Positions 26,301 through 35,256 of a DNA stretch of 64,000 nt are shown here, piece after piece. The stretch comes from Abditibacterium sp. Its GTDB lineage: Bacteria; Armatimonadota; Abditibacteriia; Abditibacteriales; Abditibacteriaceae. The DNA is taken from positions 2,240,001-2,304,000 of the forward strand of contig OZ251992.1 of assembly GCA_965246885.1 (NCBI GenBank), given 5' to 3'. Both the position numbers and the translations under genes were made by a program. The notes below the pieces were generated by a model that made no database searches, was not told the origin of the DNA, and was given only the letters and a program-made list of their open reading frames with translations. Every line of letters starts with the position of its first letter. Positions within the stretch are counted from its first letter, which is position 1.

Positions 26301-27794
26301 ATGCCCAACTCCAAGTCACGCCCTAAAACGCACTCCAAGTCCAAAGTCATCCGCAACCGCACCCCTGCCGCGCCGATACAAGTTCAGGCGAAGGTCGCCG
26401 CGCCCGCGTTCTCAGAAGCAAACGCCTCGCTCCAAAACGCAGGGCAGGCCGTGCACGAATCCATCGCAGCGCCCATTTCTCAAGCACTCCCGGAGCCGGA
26501 GGCCATGCCCGTCACTGCCAACGTCGCCGCCCCTGTGATTGTAGCCCCAAGAGTTCAAGGCGTGTTGCCGCGCGAGGTGGTGCGCGACGCGAGCGCTAAT
26601 CGTGGCGCTGCCCCCCAAACCACATCAAAAGCTAAGTTGCGCGCGGGTGGTTTCCGGCGCACGCGTCCGGCGGTGTGGCTGGGGGCTGGAGCGGGCGCCC
26701 TTCTGCTTGTGGCGGGCGGCGCGGCGGCGGGGGCTTATTCCAAGTTCGCCGCCAGCGAAATCATCGCGCCCAACGTCGCCATCGGCGGCGTTCCCGTTGG
26801 CGGACTTGCGCCCGAAGCCGCAAGCGCGCGCATCGCCTCGCACTTCAAGAACCCGCGCGTCTCCCTCTTGTGCGACGACAAACGGGTAACTGTGCCCCTG
26901 TCCCAACTGGGCGCCAAGTTGTCCATCGAGCCGACCGTTAAAAAAGCGCTTCTCATCGGGCGCGACGGCTTTTTGCCGGGGAACCTCTTGCGCGTTTATG
27001 GCGGCAACGGTGGCCAGAAGAGCTTCATGCTGCCCATCGAGTGGAACCGCTCTCAACTGGCCAACGGTCTGCACGCAGTGAACGCCCAAGTCGCCGTCGC
27101 GCCCGTCAATGCGCGCCTGCGCGCCGCGTCGGTTGGCTTGGAAGTGGTGCCCGACCATATGGGCCGCGCCCTCGACAGCGACGCCGCCGCGCACCTCTTG
27201 CAGCACAAACTGTTCGTCGGACTTCCCTCACTGCGCCTTCCCACCAAGAAAGTGGCGCCGAAAATCACGGCGCGCTCCTTGGATGGCCACGACGTGCAAC
27301 TCGCGCAGTACACGACGCGCTTCAACCCCGGTTTGGAAGGGCGCACGCAAAACATCCGCATCGCCTGCCGAGCCATTCAAAACCGCGTGCTCATGCCGGG
27401 AGATACCTTCTCGTTCAACGCGTGCACCGGCGAAAGGACGGCGCGCAAGGGCTACCAAATGGCGCACATCTTTTTGCGACAACCCGGCGAGGACGAGCCG
27501 GAAGTCGTCGAAGGTCTGGCGGGCGGCGTGTGTCAGGTTTCCTCGACCCTCTTCAACGCGGTTCGTAAAACCAACGCGGGGGCCGACACGCGCGCCATCA
27601 AAATCGTCGAGCGCAACACCCACTCCCTGCCCGTCACTTATGTTCCGCCGGGGTTGGACGCGACCGTCGCGTGGCCCTACAAAGATTTGAAATTTAAGAA
27701 CGTTACCGATCATCCGGTGTATCTGCGCACGCAGATGGGCCGCTCGAAGCTGTCCATTTCCCTTTGGGGCCGCATCGCGCGCGACGGCGCTTGA
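26301..27794 (+). CDS. VanW family protein (YoaR-like, peptidoglycan-binding)
   Basis: TM anchor; RTQNIRIA, PGDTFSFN, GGVCQVSSTLFNA, ERNTHS..YVPPGLDATV. Confidence 0.9.
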   Translation: MPNSKSRPKTHSKSKVIRNRTPAAPIQVQAKVAAPAFSEANASLQNAGQAVHESIAAPISQALPEPEAMPVTANVAAPVIVAPRVQGVLPREVVRDASANRGAAPQTTSKAKLRAGGFRRTRPAVWLGAGAGALLLVAGGAAAGAYSKFAASEIIAPNVAIGGVPVGGLAPEAASARIASHFKNPRVSLLCDDKRVTVPLSQLGAKLSIEPTVKKALLIGRDGFLPGNLLRVYGGNGGQKSFMLPIEWNRSQLANGLHAVNAQVAVAPVNARLRAASVGLEVVPDHMGRALDSDAAAHLLQHKLFVGLPSLRLPTKKVAPKITARSLDGHDVQLAQYTTRFNPGLEGRTQNIRIACRAIQNRVLMPGDTFSFNACTGERTARKGYQMAHIFLRQPGEDEPEVVEGLAGGVCQVSSTLFNAVRKTNAGADTRAIKIVERNTHSLPVTYVPPGLDATVAWPYKDLKFKNVTDHPVYLRTQMGRSKLSISLWGRIARDGA

Positions 27795-27940
27795 TGCGCG
27801 CCACCCGTCCGCCCATGCGCGCCACCCGAAGAATGACATGCACCATTCCTCCGCCCATGCGCGCCACCCGAAGAATTAGGTGGGCGGATGGAAGAATTAA
27901 CTAACTGATGCCCGAATTAAGCGCGTCGTCGGCTCACCCA
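27794..27940. repeat. degenerate 21-bp-period tandem array, 7 units (family B)
   Basis: ATGCGCGCCACCCGTCCGCCC / ATGCGCGCCACCCGAAGAATG / ACATGCACCATTCCTCCGCCC / ATGCGCGCCACCCGAAGAATT / AGGTGGGCGGATGGAAGAATT plus two decayed units. Confidence 0.85.
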
Positions 27941-28848
27941 TGCTATTTCCTGTTGTTATTGTCAACCCCGCCGCCGGACGGGGCGCGCGCTTGTGGCCGC
28001 GCTACGGGGCGCAGCTACGGCAACGCGGCGCCCGCATTTGCGCCACGACGCGGGCGGGGGACGCGCGGGAGTTGGCGCTGCGCGCCATCGCAGAAGGAAG
28101 CAAGTATTTAGTGGCGGCGGGGGGCGATGGGACACTGGGAGAAGTGGCGGGCGCAATTCTCGAATCAGGGCAGGCGGTGCGTTTGGGCGTGCTTCCCATT
28201 GGCACGGGCAACGATTTCGCGCGGACGCTCGGAGTCTGGGGCGCGCCGGAAAGGGCACTGGAGGCCATCTTCGGCGATGCGGTGCGGCGCGTGGACGCGG
28301 GTATAATCGAATGTGATGGAAAAACGCGGGCGTTTGTAAATGTGGCGGGGTGCGGCTTCGATTCCCTCGCGGCGCGGCGTATCAACGAGTGGGGACAACG
28401 GAAGACGATGCGCCACGTGCGCGGTTTGGGCGCGTATTTATTGGCGGTGGCGTGCGAGATGGCCCATTTTCGGGCGTTTGATTTGGCGCTGGAATTAGAC
28501 GGGGAAGCGTTGGAAACTCGCGCCGTCTTGTGTGCGGTTGCGAACGCGCGCTCGTATGGCGGTGGGATGATGGTGTGTCCCGACGCGCAGTTGGACGACG
28601 GCTTATTCGACGTGTGCATCATCGGCGACGCGAGTCGGGCGGAATTTCTGCGCGCGTTTCCGGGCGTTTTCGCGGGAAAGCACACGTCGCACCCGAAGGT
28701 GTTGATGCGCCAGTGTCGGAAGGTGCACGTCCAAGCGACGCAACGGGTGCCGGTGTTGGCGGATGGGGAGATCGTCGGGGAGGCACCGTTTGGATGCGAA
28801 GTGATACCGGGGGCGCTCGAAATGAGTGTTTTTGGCGGGAGGGGCTGA
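27940..28848 (+). CDS. diacylglycerol/lipid kinase family protein (YegS/DagK-like)
   Basis: IVNPAAG, AAGGDGTLGEV, LPIGTGNDFAR, NARSYGGG, DDGLFDV, ADGE. Confidence 0.93.
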   Translation: MLFPVVIVNPAAGRGARLWPRYGAQLRQRGARICATTRAGDARELALRAIAEGSKYLVAAGGDGTLGEVAGAILESGQAVRLGVLPIGTGNDFARTLGVWGAPERALEAIFGDAVRRVDAGIIECDGKTRAFVNVAGCGFDSLAARRINEWGQRKTMRHVRGLGAYLLAVACEMAHFRAFDLALELDGEALETRAVLCAVANARSYGGGMMVCPDAQLDDGLFDVCIIGDASRAEFLRAFPGVFAGKHTSHPKVLMRQCRKVHVQATQRVPVLADGEIVGEAPFGCEVIPGALEMSVFGGRG

Positions 28849-28873
28849 CAAAGGAGTGCGGACGCGGTAAAAT
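28845..28873 (+). promoter_or_regulatory. sigma70-type promoter for tRNA-Ser/tRNA-Ser/SRP RNA
   Basis: CTGACA-N17-TAAAAT, 33 nt upstream of the first tRNA. Confidence 0.65.
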
Positions 28874-28906
28874 GTCTTCGCGCTTCGCTGGAGGCGCGCA
28901 AAAAAT

Positions 28907-28993
28907 GGACAGGTGGCCGAGTGGTTGAAGGCAACGGTCTCGAAAACCGTCATACGGGCAACCGTATCGAGAGTTCGAATCTCTCCCTGTCTG
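28907..28993 (+). tRNA. tRNA-Ser (anticodon CGA)
   Basis: Acceptor GGACAGG/CCTGTCT+G; anticodon arm ACGGT-CTCGAAA-ACCGT; long variable arm; GTTCGAAT T-loop; no encoded CCA. Confidence 0.96.
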
Positions 28994-28997
28994 TTTC

Positions 28998-29071
28998 AAA
29001 CGTGGAAAGCGGAAGTGGGAACGAGGAAAAGAGTTGTTTTTTCCGCGTTCCCACTTCCCCGTTGCGCGTTT
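28998..29071. repeat. inverted heptamer-repeat hairpin between the tRNAs
   Basis: AAACGTG GAAAGCG GAAGTGG GAACGAG GAAAA pairing with TTTTCC GCGTTCC CACTTCC CCGTTGC GCGTTT. Confidence 0.65.
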
Positions 29072-29074
29072 AAA

Positions 29075-29159
29075 GGACAGGTGTCCGAGTGGTCGAAGGA
29101 GCACGATTGGAAATCGTGTAGGTGTAACAGCCTCGAGGGTTCGAATCCCTCTCTGTCCG
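29075..29159 (+). tRNA. tRNA-Ser (anticodon GGA)
   Basis: Acceptor GGACAGG/TCTGTCC+G; anticodon arm CACGA-TTGGAAA-TCGTG; variable arm; GTTCGAATC. Confidence 0.96.
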
Positions 29160-29161
29160 GT

Positions 29162-29432
29162 GGGTCGCGCTAAGTGGGGAGATAGCGGTGCCCTGCATCT
29201 GCAATCCGCTCAGCAGAACTGAATTCTTTTGCCCCGGCCCGCGTTTGTGGGGCCGCGCGGGTGGGGAAACGTTGATGAATGGGCCTCGTGCGACGGTGCT
29301 CTGTGAACCCCGCCAGGGCCGGAAGGCAGCAACGGTAAGCAATCGGTGTCGTGCGCCGCGAGAATCCTGCTCTGAGTTTTTCCCGCCCGTTTCCGCCCGG
29401 AAACGTGGGGTCAAAGCGAGAGTGCGCGACCC
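29162..29432 (+). ncRNA. ffs: large bacterial SRP RNA with Alu domain
   Basis: Helix 8 CCAGGGCCGGAAGGCAGCA; 5' Alu-type GCTAAGTGGGGAGATAGCGGTGCCCTG..CTGCAATCCGCT resembling Bacillus scRNA; ends GGGTCGCGC / GCGCGACCC pair. Confidence 0.92.
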
Positions 29433-29447
29433 AGTGCCCTTGTAAAT

Positions 29448-29482
29448 AAAAGCGCCCGCGACACATTGTCGCGGGCGCTTTT
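29448..29482. terminator. bidirectional intrinsic terminator
   Basis: AAAAGCGCCCGCGACA-CAT-TGTCGCGGGCGCTTTT between convergent units. Confidence 0.85.
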
Positions 29483-29529
29483 GGAGTTTTTAGAAGTCAT
29501 TCCCCGCTTCTGCGGCACCCTGCCCCGTT

Positions 29530-30921
29530 TTAGCGGCGCGTTCTGCGGGGGGCGCCCCCCTCTTCGTGGTCGTGATGTTCCGATTTAGCTTCGCGTTCAG
29601 ACGGCGCGGTTCTGCGCGGAGTCAGCCACCCTAAACCGCGTGGAAACGAGCGCACGAGGGGTTGCGGCTGCAAGCGGGGCGAGCTTGGTTCAGAGCGCGG
29701 CGACTCCATCGGTCTGTCCACCCTCGGACGCCCGACGAGGATTTCCCGCCTTGGGCGCGGCTCCTCGGTGGGATGAAAGGGGCGGCGGTCGTCTCGACGC
29801 GGCTCAAGGGGTGGCAAAGCGCCGACCGGATCATGGCGCCCAACATCAGGGCCGAGCCGCGACGGGCGAAACGGAGCGCCATCGCCAAAATGCTCAATGG
29901 GCGGGCGCTCATCGGGACGCACTTCGGGGCGATACTCGCGGTGGCGGTCACGCTCCCAATCGTCGTCATCGCGGTGCTGAGGGCGCTCCTCGTAAAAGCG
30001 CGGGCGCTCCGACCACAAGGGCACGAGCGGACAACCGTAGTAATCGAAGGGGTCAACCGTCACCCAGATGGGACGCTCAACGACGACGGAGTAATCGGGG
30101 TAGTAGCTGCGCGGCGCGGCACTGACTTCCGGGCGCCATCCGTAGTAGTCGGGCGCGACCGAGCGGTGCGTTTCAAGGTAGCGCAAGCGCACACGGGTGT
30201 AGTTGTCGGGGTCGGGGAAAGAAACAGCGCGCTCCAAGCGGACGCCGAGGGTGGTATCCGGGGCGATTTGGGCGTCCTCGCCGTGTCGTCCTTGCGAACG
30301 CGCGTAAAGATACGCGCCGGTCGCGCCCAAGATGGTGGGCAGTAGGGAGCGCGTCTTGAGCAAGCGGCCCAAGACGAATCCTGCGCCGCCGCCGATGCCG
30401 ATAGCTTGCCACGCATTGACGCGCTCCGTGTCGCGGGCGATGAGACGGCCGCCCCGGTCAACGACTGAGCGGGAATCGAGCGAAGCGATGAAGCCGTGTA
30501 GGGGAACGTCCGTCCCGTCGGGCAAAAGGGCCGATTGAAAGTCCACGTCCAACACGCCGGGGGTGGCACCATAGGCGGGTTGCGCAACGGACACTACGCC
30601 GCCCAAGCGGGTGCCGGGCGGAAATTCGGAATCGCCCGCCACGCGGGAGATGGGCGTCGCCGTCACGATGTCGCCCACGCGCGCAAAGCGCGAGGACAGT
30701 TGGTGGTCGAGGATGACGGGCACAATCACGCCTGCGGGAACAGTCAGGGTGCCCTCAGCGACCGGCTGCGCGTCGCGGTTCCATACGCGCGACCAGTCGG
30801 GATGCAACTCCTGCGCGCGCGCCGACGCCGCGCCCGATAGCGCCAACGGCACAAGCAAGCACCAGAGCGCCCGATGTAAAAGGAAGTGGGGAGAAGCGAA
30901 GACGCGGGAGTGGTGGGACAT
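29530..30921 (-). CDS. secreted protein with a VirB10/TrbI-like glycine-zipper domain and disordered R/P/D tail
   Basis: Start moved to ATG 30921 because the longer ORF overlaps tRNA-Ala; signal peptide ending ASARA; domain paralogous to 46048-47133. Confidence 0.7.
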   Translation of the reverse strand: MSHHSRVFASPHFLLHRALWCLLVPLALSGAASARAQELHPDWSRVWNRDAQPVAEGTLTVPAGVIVPVILDHQLSSRFARVGDIVTATPISRVAGDSEFPPGTRLGGVVSVAQPAYGATPGVLDVDFQSALLPDGTDVPLHGFIASLDSRSVVDRGGRLIARDTERVNAWQAIGIGGGAGFVLGRLLKTRSLLPTILGATGAYLYARSQGRHGEDAQIAPDTTLGVRLERAVSFPDPDNYTRVRLRYLETHRSVAPDYYGWRPEVSAAPRSYYPDYSVVVERPIWVTVDPFDYYGCPLVPLWSERPRFYEERPQHRDDDDWERDRHREYRPEVRPDERPPIEHFGDGAPFRPSRLGPDVGRHDPVGALPPLEPRRDDRRPFHPTEEPRPRREILVGRPRVDRPMESPRSEPSSPRLQPQPLVRSFPRGLGWLTPRRTAPSEREAKSEHHDHEEGGAPRRTRR

Positions 30922-31003
30922 GGCGAAGCTGAAAACGGGGCGGTCAGGGCGCCTCTGGCGCCCTGACGTGCGGCAAACGCAGAAGTTCAAAACAATCGCT
31001 GCC

Positions 31004-31032
31004 TTGACGGATGGGCCGCGTTCGATTATTCT
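31004..31032 (+). promoter_or_regulatory. sigma70-type promoter for tRNA-Ala
   Basis: TTGACG-N17-TATTCT. Confidence 0.65.
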
Positions 31033-31066
31033 TTTCCGTGCCGTTTGCAAAGTCGGCGCAGTAGAA

Positions 31067-31139
31067 GGGTCTGTGGCGCAGTTGGTAGCGCGCCTCGTTC
31101 GCATCGAGGAGGTCAGGAGTTCGAATCTCCTCAGATCCA
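31067..31139 (+). tRNA. tRNA-Ala (anticodon CGC)
   Basis: Acceptor GGGTCTG/CAGATCC+A with G3-U70; anticodon arm CCTCG-TTCGCAT-CGAGG; GTTCGAAT. Confidence 0.96.
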
Positions 31140-31145
31140 TTCCCC

Positions 31146-31174
31146 AAAGTCCGCTTCCCCCGAAGCGGGCTTTT
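31146..31174. terminator. bidirectional terminator
   Basis: AAAGTCCGCTTC-CCCC-GAAGCGGGCTTTT between tRNA-Ala and the convergent EamA gene. Confidence 0.75.
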
Positions 31175-31175
31175 G

Positions 31176-31631
31176 CTATTGCTGCTTCACCGGGGGCGCG
31201 GCTTCGGGCGGCTTGGGTGGTGGGAGCAACAAATACGTCCCCACCAGAATAAACACAAGACCCACGCCGCCTTTCCACGTCAGCCGCTCGTGCAGAAACG
31301 CCGCCGCGAGCAGCACCGTGAGCGGCAGGGACAGCTTATCGAGCGGCGCCACGACCGACGCGGGGCCTTCTTGGAGGGCGCGGTAGTAGCACATCCACGA
31401 TAGTCCCGTTGCGACGCCCGACAGCACCAGAAAGAGGAGCGTCGTACGCGATATGCCCGCCAGCGCCGCGTTTTCGCCGCGCGCAAACACCAGTCCCCAT
31501 GCCAACACCAGAATGACGACGGTGCGAATCGCCGTCGCCAAGTTCGACGGCACGCCTTGCACGCCCAGCTTCCCCAGTATCGCCGTCAGCGCCGCAAAAA
31601 ACGCCGACCCCAACGCAAACCATTTCCACAT
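31176..31631 (-). CDS. EamA/DMT family transporter (single domain)
   Basis: SAFFAALTAILGKLG, LATAIRT, SWMCYYRALQEG.ASVVAPLDKLS. Confidence 0.9.
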   Translation of the reverse strand: MWKWFALGSAFFAALTAILGKLGVQGVPSNLATAIRTVVILVLAWGLVFARGENAALAGISRTTLLFLVLSGVATGLSWMCYYRALQEGPASVVAPLDKLSLPLTVLLAAAFLHERLTWKGGVGLVFILVGTYLLLPPPKPPEAAPPVKQQ

Positions 31632-31652
31632 AGCGGGCAGTTTGACGGGGCG

Positions 31653-32090
31653 CTAAAAAGCGGGGCCGGGCTTGATGTGCTGATACTCAACTCCGGGAGC
31701 GGGCATCGGACGTTGCGGCGGCCCGTCATAGGCCTCAACGCCATTCGTGGGGTGCGGCAATTCAACGGAGTTAAGCAGCCGGAGCGTCTTCTTGTCGAAC
31801 TGCATGAGTGTGTTGCCGCGCAGGATGAACAAATATGCGCCATCGGCGAGCATGGTGACGGGCGGCTGGGGCGGGGCTTGCATCGGCGCGGGGATGGGAG
31901 ACTCCGGCCCGAACGACCCCGGCCCCGAATAACCAAATCCACCACTAAAGCCCCCTCCGCCACCACCAAGGCCACCATCGCCGCCACGATGCGGATTGTG
32001 CAACTGAACGGGGCCACTGGGGTTGGGCTGGGCCAGCAACGGAGCGGCGATACAGAGTATCGCCGCTCCCGCGAATGTGAGATGTTTCAT
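31653..32090 (-). CDS. small secreted Gly/Pro-rich hypothetical protein
   Basis: Signal peptide MKHLTFAGAAILCIAAPLLA; compact core MLADGAYLFILRGNTLMQFDKKTL. Confidence 0.7.
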   Translation of the reverse strand: MKHLTFAGAAILCIAAPLLAQPNPSGPVQLHNPHRGGDGGLGGGGGGFSGGFGYSGPGSFGPESPIPAPMQAPPQPPVTMLADGAYLFILRGNTLMQFDKKTLRLLNSVELPHPTNGVEAYDGPPQRPMPAPGVEYQHIKPGPAF

Positions 32091-32143
32091 AGAAGACACC
32101 GTTAAGAGCGGGGCGCGCGCCGTTTGGTTGCGTCGGAAGAAGG

Positions 32144-32605
32144 GTGCCCCTGCTTTTTGTTTCGACGCTACGCGACTTTCTGGCGCTGTTCGGCGTCCCG
32201 CATCCGTCGCTGATCGAGTTCCACATGGCCTCGACGCACTTCCCCATCGGGCTGCTACTGGCGGCGGCGCTGTTCGACTTCGGCGCGCTCGTGTCGCGCA
32301 AGACGGTGTGGCGCGATGTCGCCTTTTGGGTGCAGATGCTGGGCACGCTCGCCCTGCTCGTCACGCTCGCGGCGGGGTATTTCGGCAACCCGCATCATGG
32401 CATGAACGAAGAAGCGCAAAAGGCGACGTGGCACCAGAACTTCGCGTTCGTCACGACGGGCCTGTTCCTCGCCTTGGCAACGTGGCGCATGGCGCGGCGC
32501 GCGAAGATGGCACGCGCCGAGACGGGCTTCTACGCTCTCTTGACGCTCCTCGCCGTCGCGGTGATTTCGGTGACGGGCTGGATGGGGTCGCAAGTTGGCG
32601 GATGA
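32144..32605 (+). CDS. DUF2231 membrane protein
   Basis: FHMASTHFPIGLL, conserved second His (WHQNFA), TGWMGSQ; four TM helices. Confidence 0.8.
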   Translation: MPLLFVSTLRDFLALFGVPHPSLIEFHMASTHFPIGLLLAAALFDFGALVSRKTVWRDVAFWVQMLGTLALLVTLAAGYFGNPHHGMNEEAQKATWHQNFAFVTTGLFLALATWRMARRAKMARAETGFYALLTLLAVAVISVTGWMGSQVGG

Positions 32606-32613
32606 AGCTAATT

Positions 32614-33573
32614 CTATTCCAGTGCGAAGCCGCCCGCCGCGCGCAGTTCTTCTTTGAGCGCGAGAACGGCCAAGTCCTTGGATTTGGCTTCGCACATCAC
32701 GTCGAACTCGATGCCGCACGTTTGCCGGACGGCGCGGGCGAAGGGAATAAAGGTGGCGGCGTCTATCATGTCGGCGTGCTGGCGCGCGAGGGGAGCGGCC
32801 TCGAAGTCCTTTTTCTTGCCGCTTTCTTTGTCCAAGCGCGACACGAGCCGGTTCTCGGTGCGGGGGCTGGAAAAGTGAATCTTCGGGCGTCCGTTGCCGC
32901 CCCACGTCTCCAACACGGCGCAGCAGGCTTCTTCGTGGGTGAGGGTGCCGTCGTTAATGCAGGAGTGGTGCTGGTGATCAAAGATGAGGCGGATGCCAGT
33001 TTGAGCGTGGATGCGTAGCGTATCGGCGACGCCAAATGACACGTCGTCGTTTTCGAGGACGAGGCGGCGGCGCGCGACTTCGGGCAAGACGGTATTAAAG
33101 CGTTCGATGAAGCGGGCCGTCGAACCCTCGCGGTCGCCATACAAGCCGCCCACATGGGTGACGACGACGCCTTCCGGCCCGCAGCCCATCAAGTCGAGCA
33201 TGGTTGCGGCAGCGACAAATTCGCGGATGGAACCTTGGGTCAGCTTGTCGTTAGGCGAGTTGAGCAAGATGAACTGCGACGGGTGGAACGACAAGCGCAG
33301 GTTGAGGGCTTGGGCGCGCTTGCCCAAGGCGACCAACTCGTCGTGCGCTTCCTCTATTTGCGCGTGGAACTGCGGCATGTCGGGGTGCGTGAGGTAGGGC
33401 GCGAAGTCGGACGAGAAGCGGTACATCGAGATACCCGTCGCTTCAAGGTAGTCAAAGACGCCGTGCGCGTATTCGATGGAGAAACGCAGGTGCGGCGCGT
33501 TGGCGTGGCGCCGCGCGTCGTGGCTTTTGACGCCCTTTTGTCCCAGCACTTTAACAGCAAAACCCAAACGCAT
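32614..33573 (-). CDS. uvsE: UV DNA damage endonuclease
   Basis: YRFSSD, RLSFHPSQFILLNS, HVGGLYG, LVLENDD, FDHQHH, KIHFSS, HAD, DVMCEAKSKDLA. Confidence 0.93.
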   Translation of the reverse strand: MRLGFAVKVLGQKGVKSHDARRHANAPHLRFSIEYAHGVFDYLEATGISMYRFSSDFAPYLTHPDMPQFHAQIEEAHDELVALGKRAQALNLRLSFHPSQFILLNSPNDKLTQGSIREFVAAATMLDLMGCGPEGVVVTHVGGLYGDREGSTARFIERFNTVLPEVARRRLVLENDDVSFGVADTLRIHAQTGIRLIFDHQHHSCINDGTLTHEEACCAVLETWGGNGRPKIHFSSPRTENRLVSRLDKESGKKKDFEAAPLARQHADMIDAATFIPFARAVRQTCGIEFDVMCEAKSKDLAVLALKEELRAAGGFALE

Positions 33574-33576
33574 GAT

Positions 33577-34272
33577 TTACAAGAACTCCACTTCGCCGCT
33601 TCGCACGGGCGCTAAGCCATCGGCAGTTTGCATGAGCAAGGCGCCGTCATCCCCGATGCCGCTCACCAATCCCAGCGCGCCGCTCGCCCTCGCCAGTTCG
33701 CCGCGCCCGAACAAACGCGCTTCAACACGCTCGCGCTGTGCGGGCCAGTCAGGGGCGTTTAGCTCGCGCTCCAAGCTTTCTAAAACGGCTTCCAACAGAA
33801 GCGCGCGCTCGAAGGCGTGACCGGACAGTAAAAGCAAAGACGAGGCCGGAAACAGCGCGCGTTCGGGCAATTGCTCCTTCGTGTGATTGAGGTTCAGCCC
33901 CACACCCGTGACGGTGCGCTCGGCGTTGGCCTCGCACAAGATGCCGCCTATTTTATGGCCGCGCGCGAGGAGGTCGTTGGGCCACTTGATTTGGACAGTA
34001 AGGCCACTTTGCGCTTCGGTCGCTTCGGCAACGGCCAACCCGACGAGAAGCGACAGCCGCGCCTTCGTTTCGGGCGTGAGGCCCCGCAAGACGAGCGAGA
34101 AGTAGAGTCCGACACAGGGAGGCGAACTCCACTCGCGCCCCAAGCGCCCCCGTCCTGCCGTTTGCGCGTCGGCGACGACGAGGGCGCCATCGGGCGCATC
34201 GGCCCAGTTCAGGGCGTACGTATTAGTGGAATCTATCTCAGCGAAGTGACGGCGGGGGTGAGCGAGTTGCAT
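33577..34272 (-). CDS. birA: biotin--protein ligase (no N-terminal HTH)
   Basis: IDSTN, QTAGRGRLGREW, IKWPNDL, KIGGILCE, GVGLNL. Confidence 0.95.
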   Translation of the reverse strand: MQLAHPRRHFAEIDSTNTYALNWADAPDGALVVADAQTAGRGRLGREWSSPPCVGLYFSLVLRGLTPETKARLSLLVGLAVAEATEAQSGLTVQIKWPNDLLARGHKIGGILCEANAERTVTGVGLNLNHTKEQLPERALFPASSLLLLSGHAFERALLLEAVLESLERELNAPDWPAQRERVEARLFGRGELARASGALGLVSGIGDDGALLMQTADGLAPVRSGEVEFL

Positions 34273-34395
34273 CAGAGTTTCAAGTAAGTAAGGCGACCAT
34301 GCAAATACCCCGGCGGACGACTCAGGGGGTCAGGCGAATCGTTGGCGCGGCTATATCAACCGTTGGTGCGGGCCGTTGAACGACGCGGATGGCCA

Positions 34396-35256
34396 TTACA
34401 TCTCCACATCCAACCCGATATCCAAGTTGACGGCGCTGTGGGTGAGGGCGCCGACAGAAATTAAGTCCACGCCCGACTCGGCGATGGCACGGATGGTGGC
34501 CAAAGACACGCCGCCAGACGCTTCGCACAAGGCGCGGCCCGCGACGATCTCGACGGCTTGCCGCAGCATATCTGGCGCCATGTTGTCGAGCAAGATGATG
34601 TCGGCCCCGGCGCGCGCGGCGCGTCCGACTTGCCCCAAGTTGTCGCACTCGACCTCGATTTTGACCGTGTGCCCCGCGCGCGCCTTGGCCCGTTCGATCG
34701 CGCGCTCCGTCCCGCCGCACAACGCGATGTGGTTGTCCTTGATGAGGATCAGGTCATCGAGCGCGAAGCGGTGATTGCCGCCGCCGCCGCAACGAACGGC
34801 GTATTTCTCCACCAAGCGGAGAAGCGGCGTGGTTTTGCGGGTGTCGGCGAGGCGAGCGTTTGTCCCTTCGATTTCCGCCACGAAGCGCGCCGTGAGAGTG
34901 GCGATACCGCTCAAGCGTTGCACAAAGTTCAGCGCGACACGCTCGGCGGAGAGTAGCGCGCGCGCGCGGCACTCTACGCGCAAAACGCTCATCTGCGGCG
35001 AAGCAGGTTGCCCGTCGCGGCAAAGGAGTTCGACGTGTGCGCGCGCATCCAACATCTCGAAGGCAATGCGCGCCAGTTGCAAGCCACACACGAACCCTTC
35101 GGCGCGAAAGTTCATCGCCGCTCGCGCGGGCAGATGCGGTGGAATGAGCGCTTCGGTCGTCAGGTCGCCCGACCGCATATCCTCGCGTAGCGCGGCTTCC
35201 ACCAACGGCCAGATAAGGAACTCGTCCAAGGAAGGGGCGAAAGGTTCATTCATCAT
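34396..35256 (-). CDS. nadC: quinolinate phosphoribosyltransferase
   Basis: ERVALNF, DTRKTTP, HRFAL, LIKDNHI, IEVECD, ILLDNM, EASGG, ISVGALTHS. Confidence 0.97.
   Translation of the reverse strand: MMNEPFAPSLDEFLIWPLVEAALREDMRSGDLTTEALIPPHLPARAAMNFRAEGFVCGLQLARIAFEMLDARAHVELLCRDGQPASPQMSVLRVECRARALLSAERVALNFVQRLSGIATLTARFVAEIEGTNARLADTRKTTPLLRLVEKYAVRCGGGGNHRFALDDLILIKDNHIALCGGTERAIERAKARAGHTVKIEVECDNLGQVGRAARAGADIILLDNMAPDMLRQAVEIVAGRALCEASGGVSLATIRAIAESGVDLISVGALTHSAVNLDIGLDVEM

Noticed and set aside
30922..31278. N-terminal extension of the 582-aa ORF
   Set aside because: Overlaps tRNA-Ala and its promoter; the signal peptide begins at ATG 30921.
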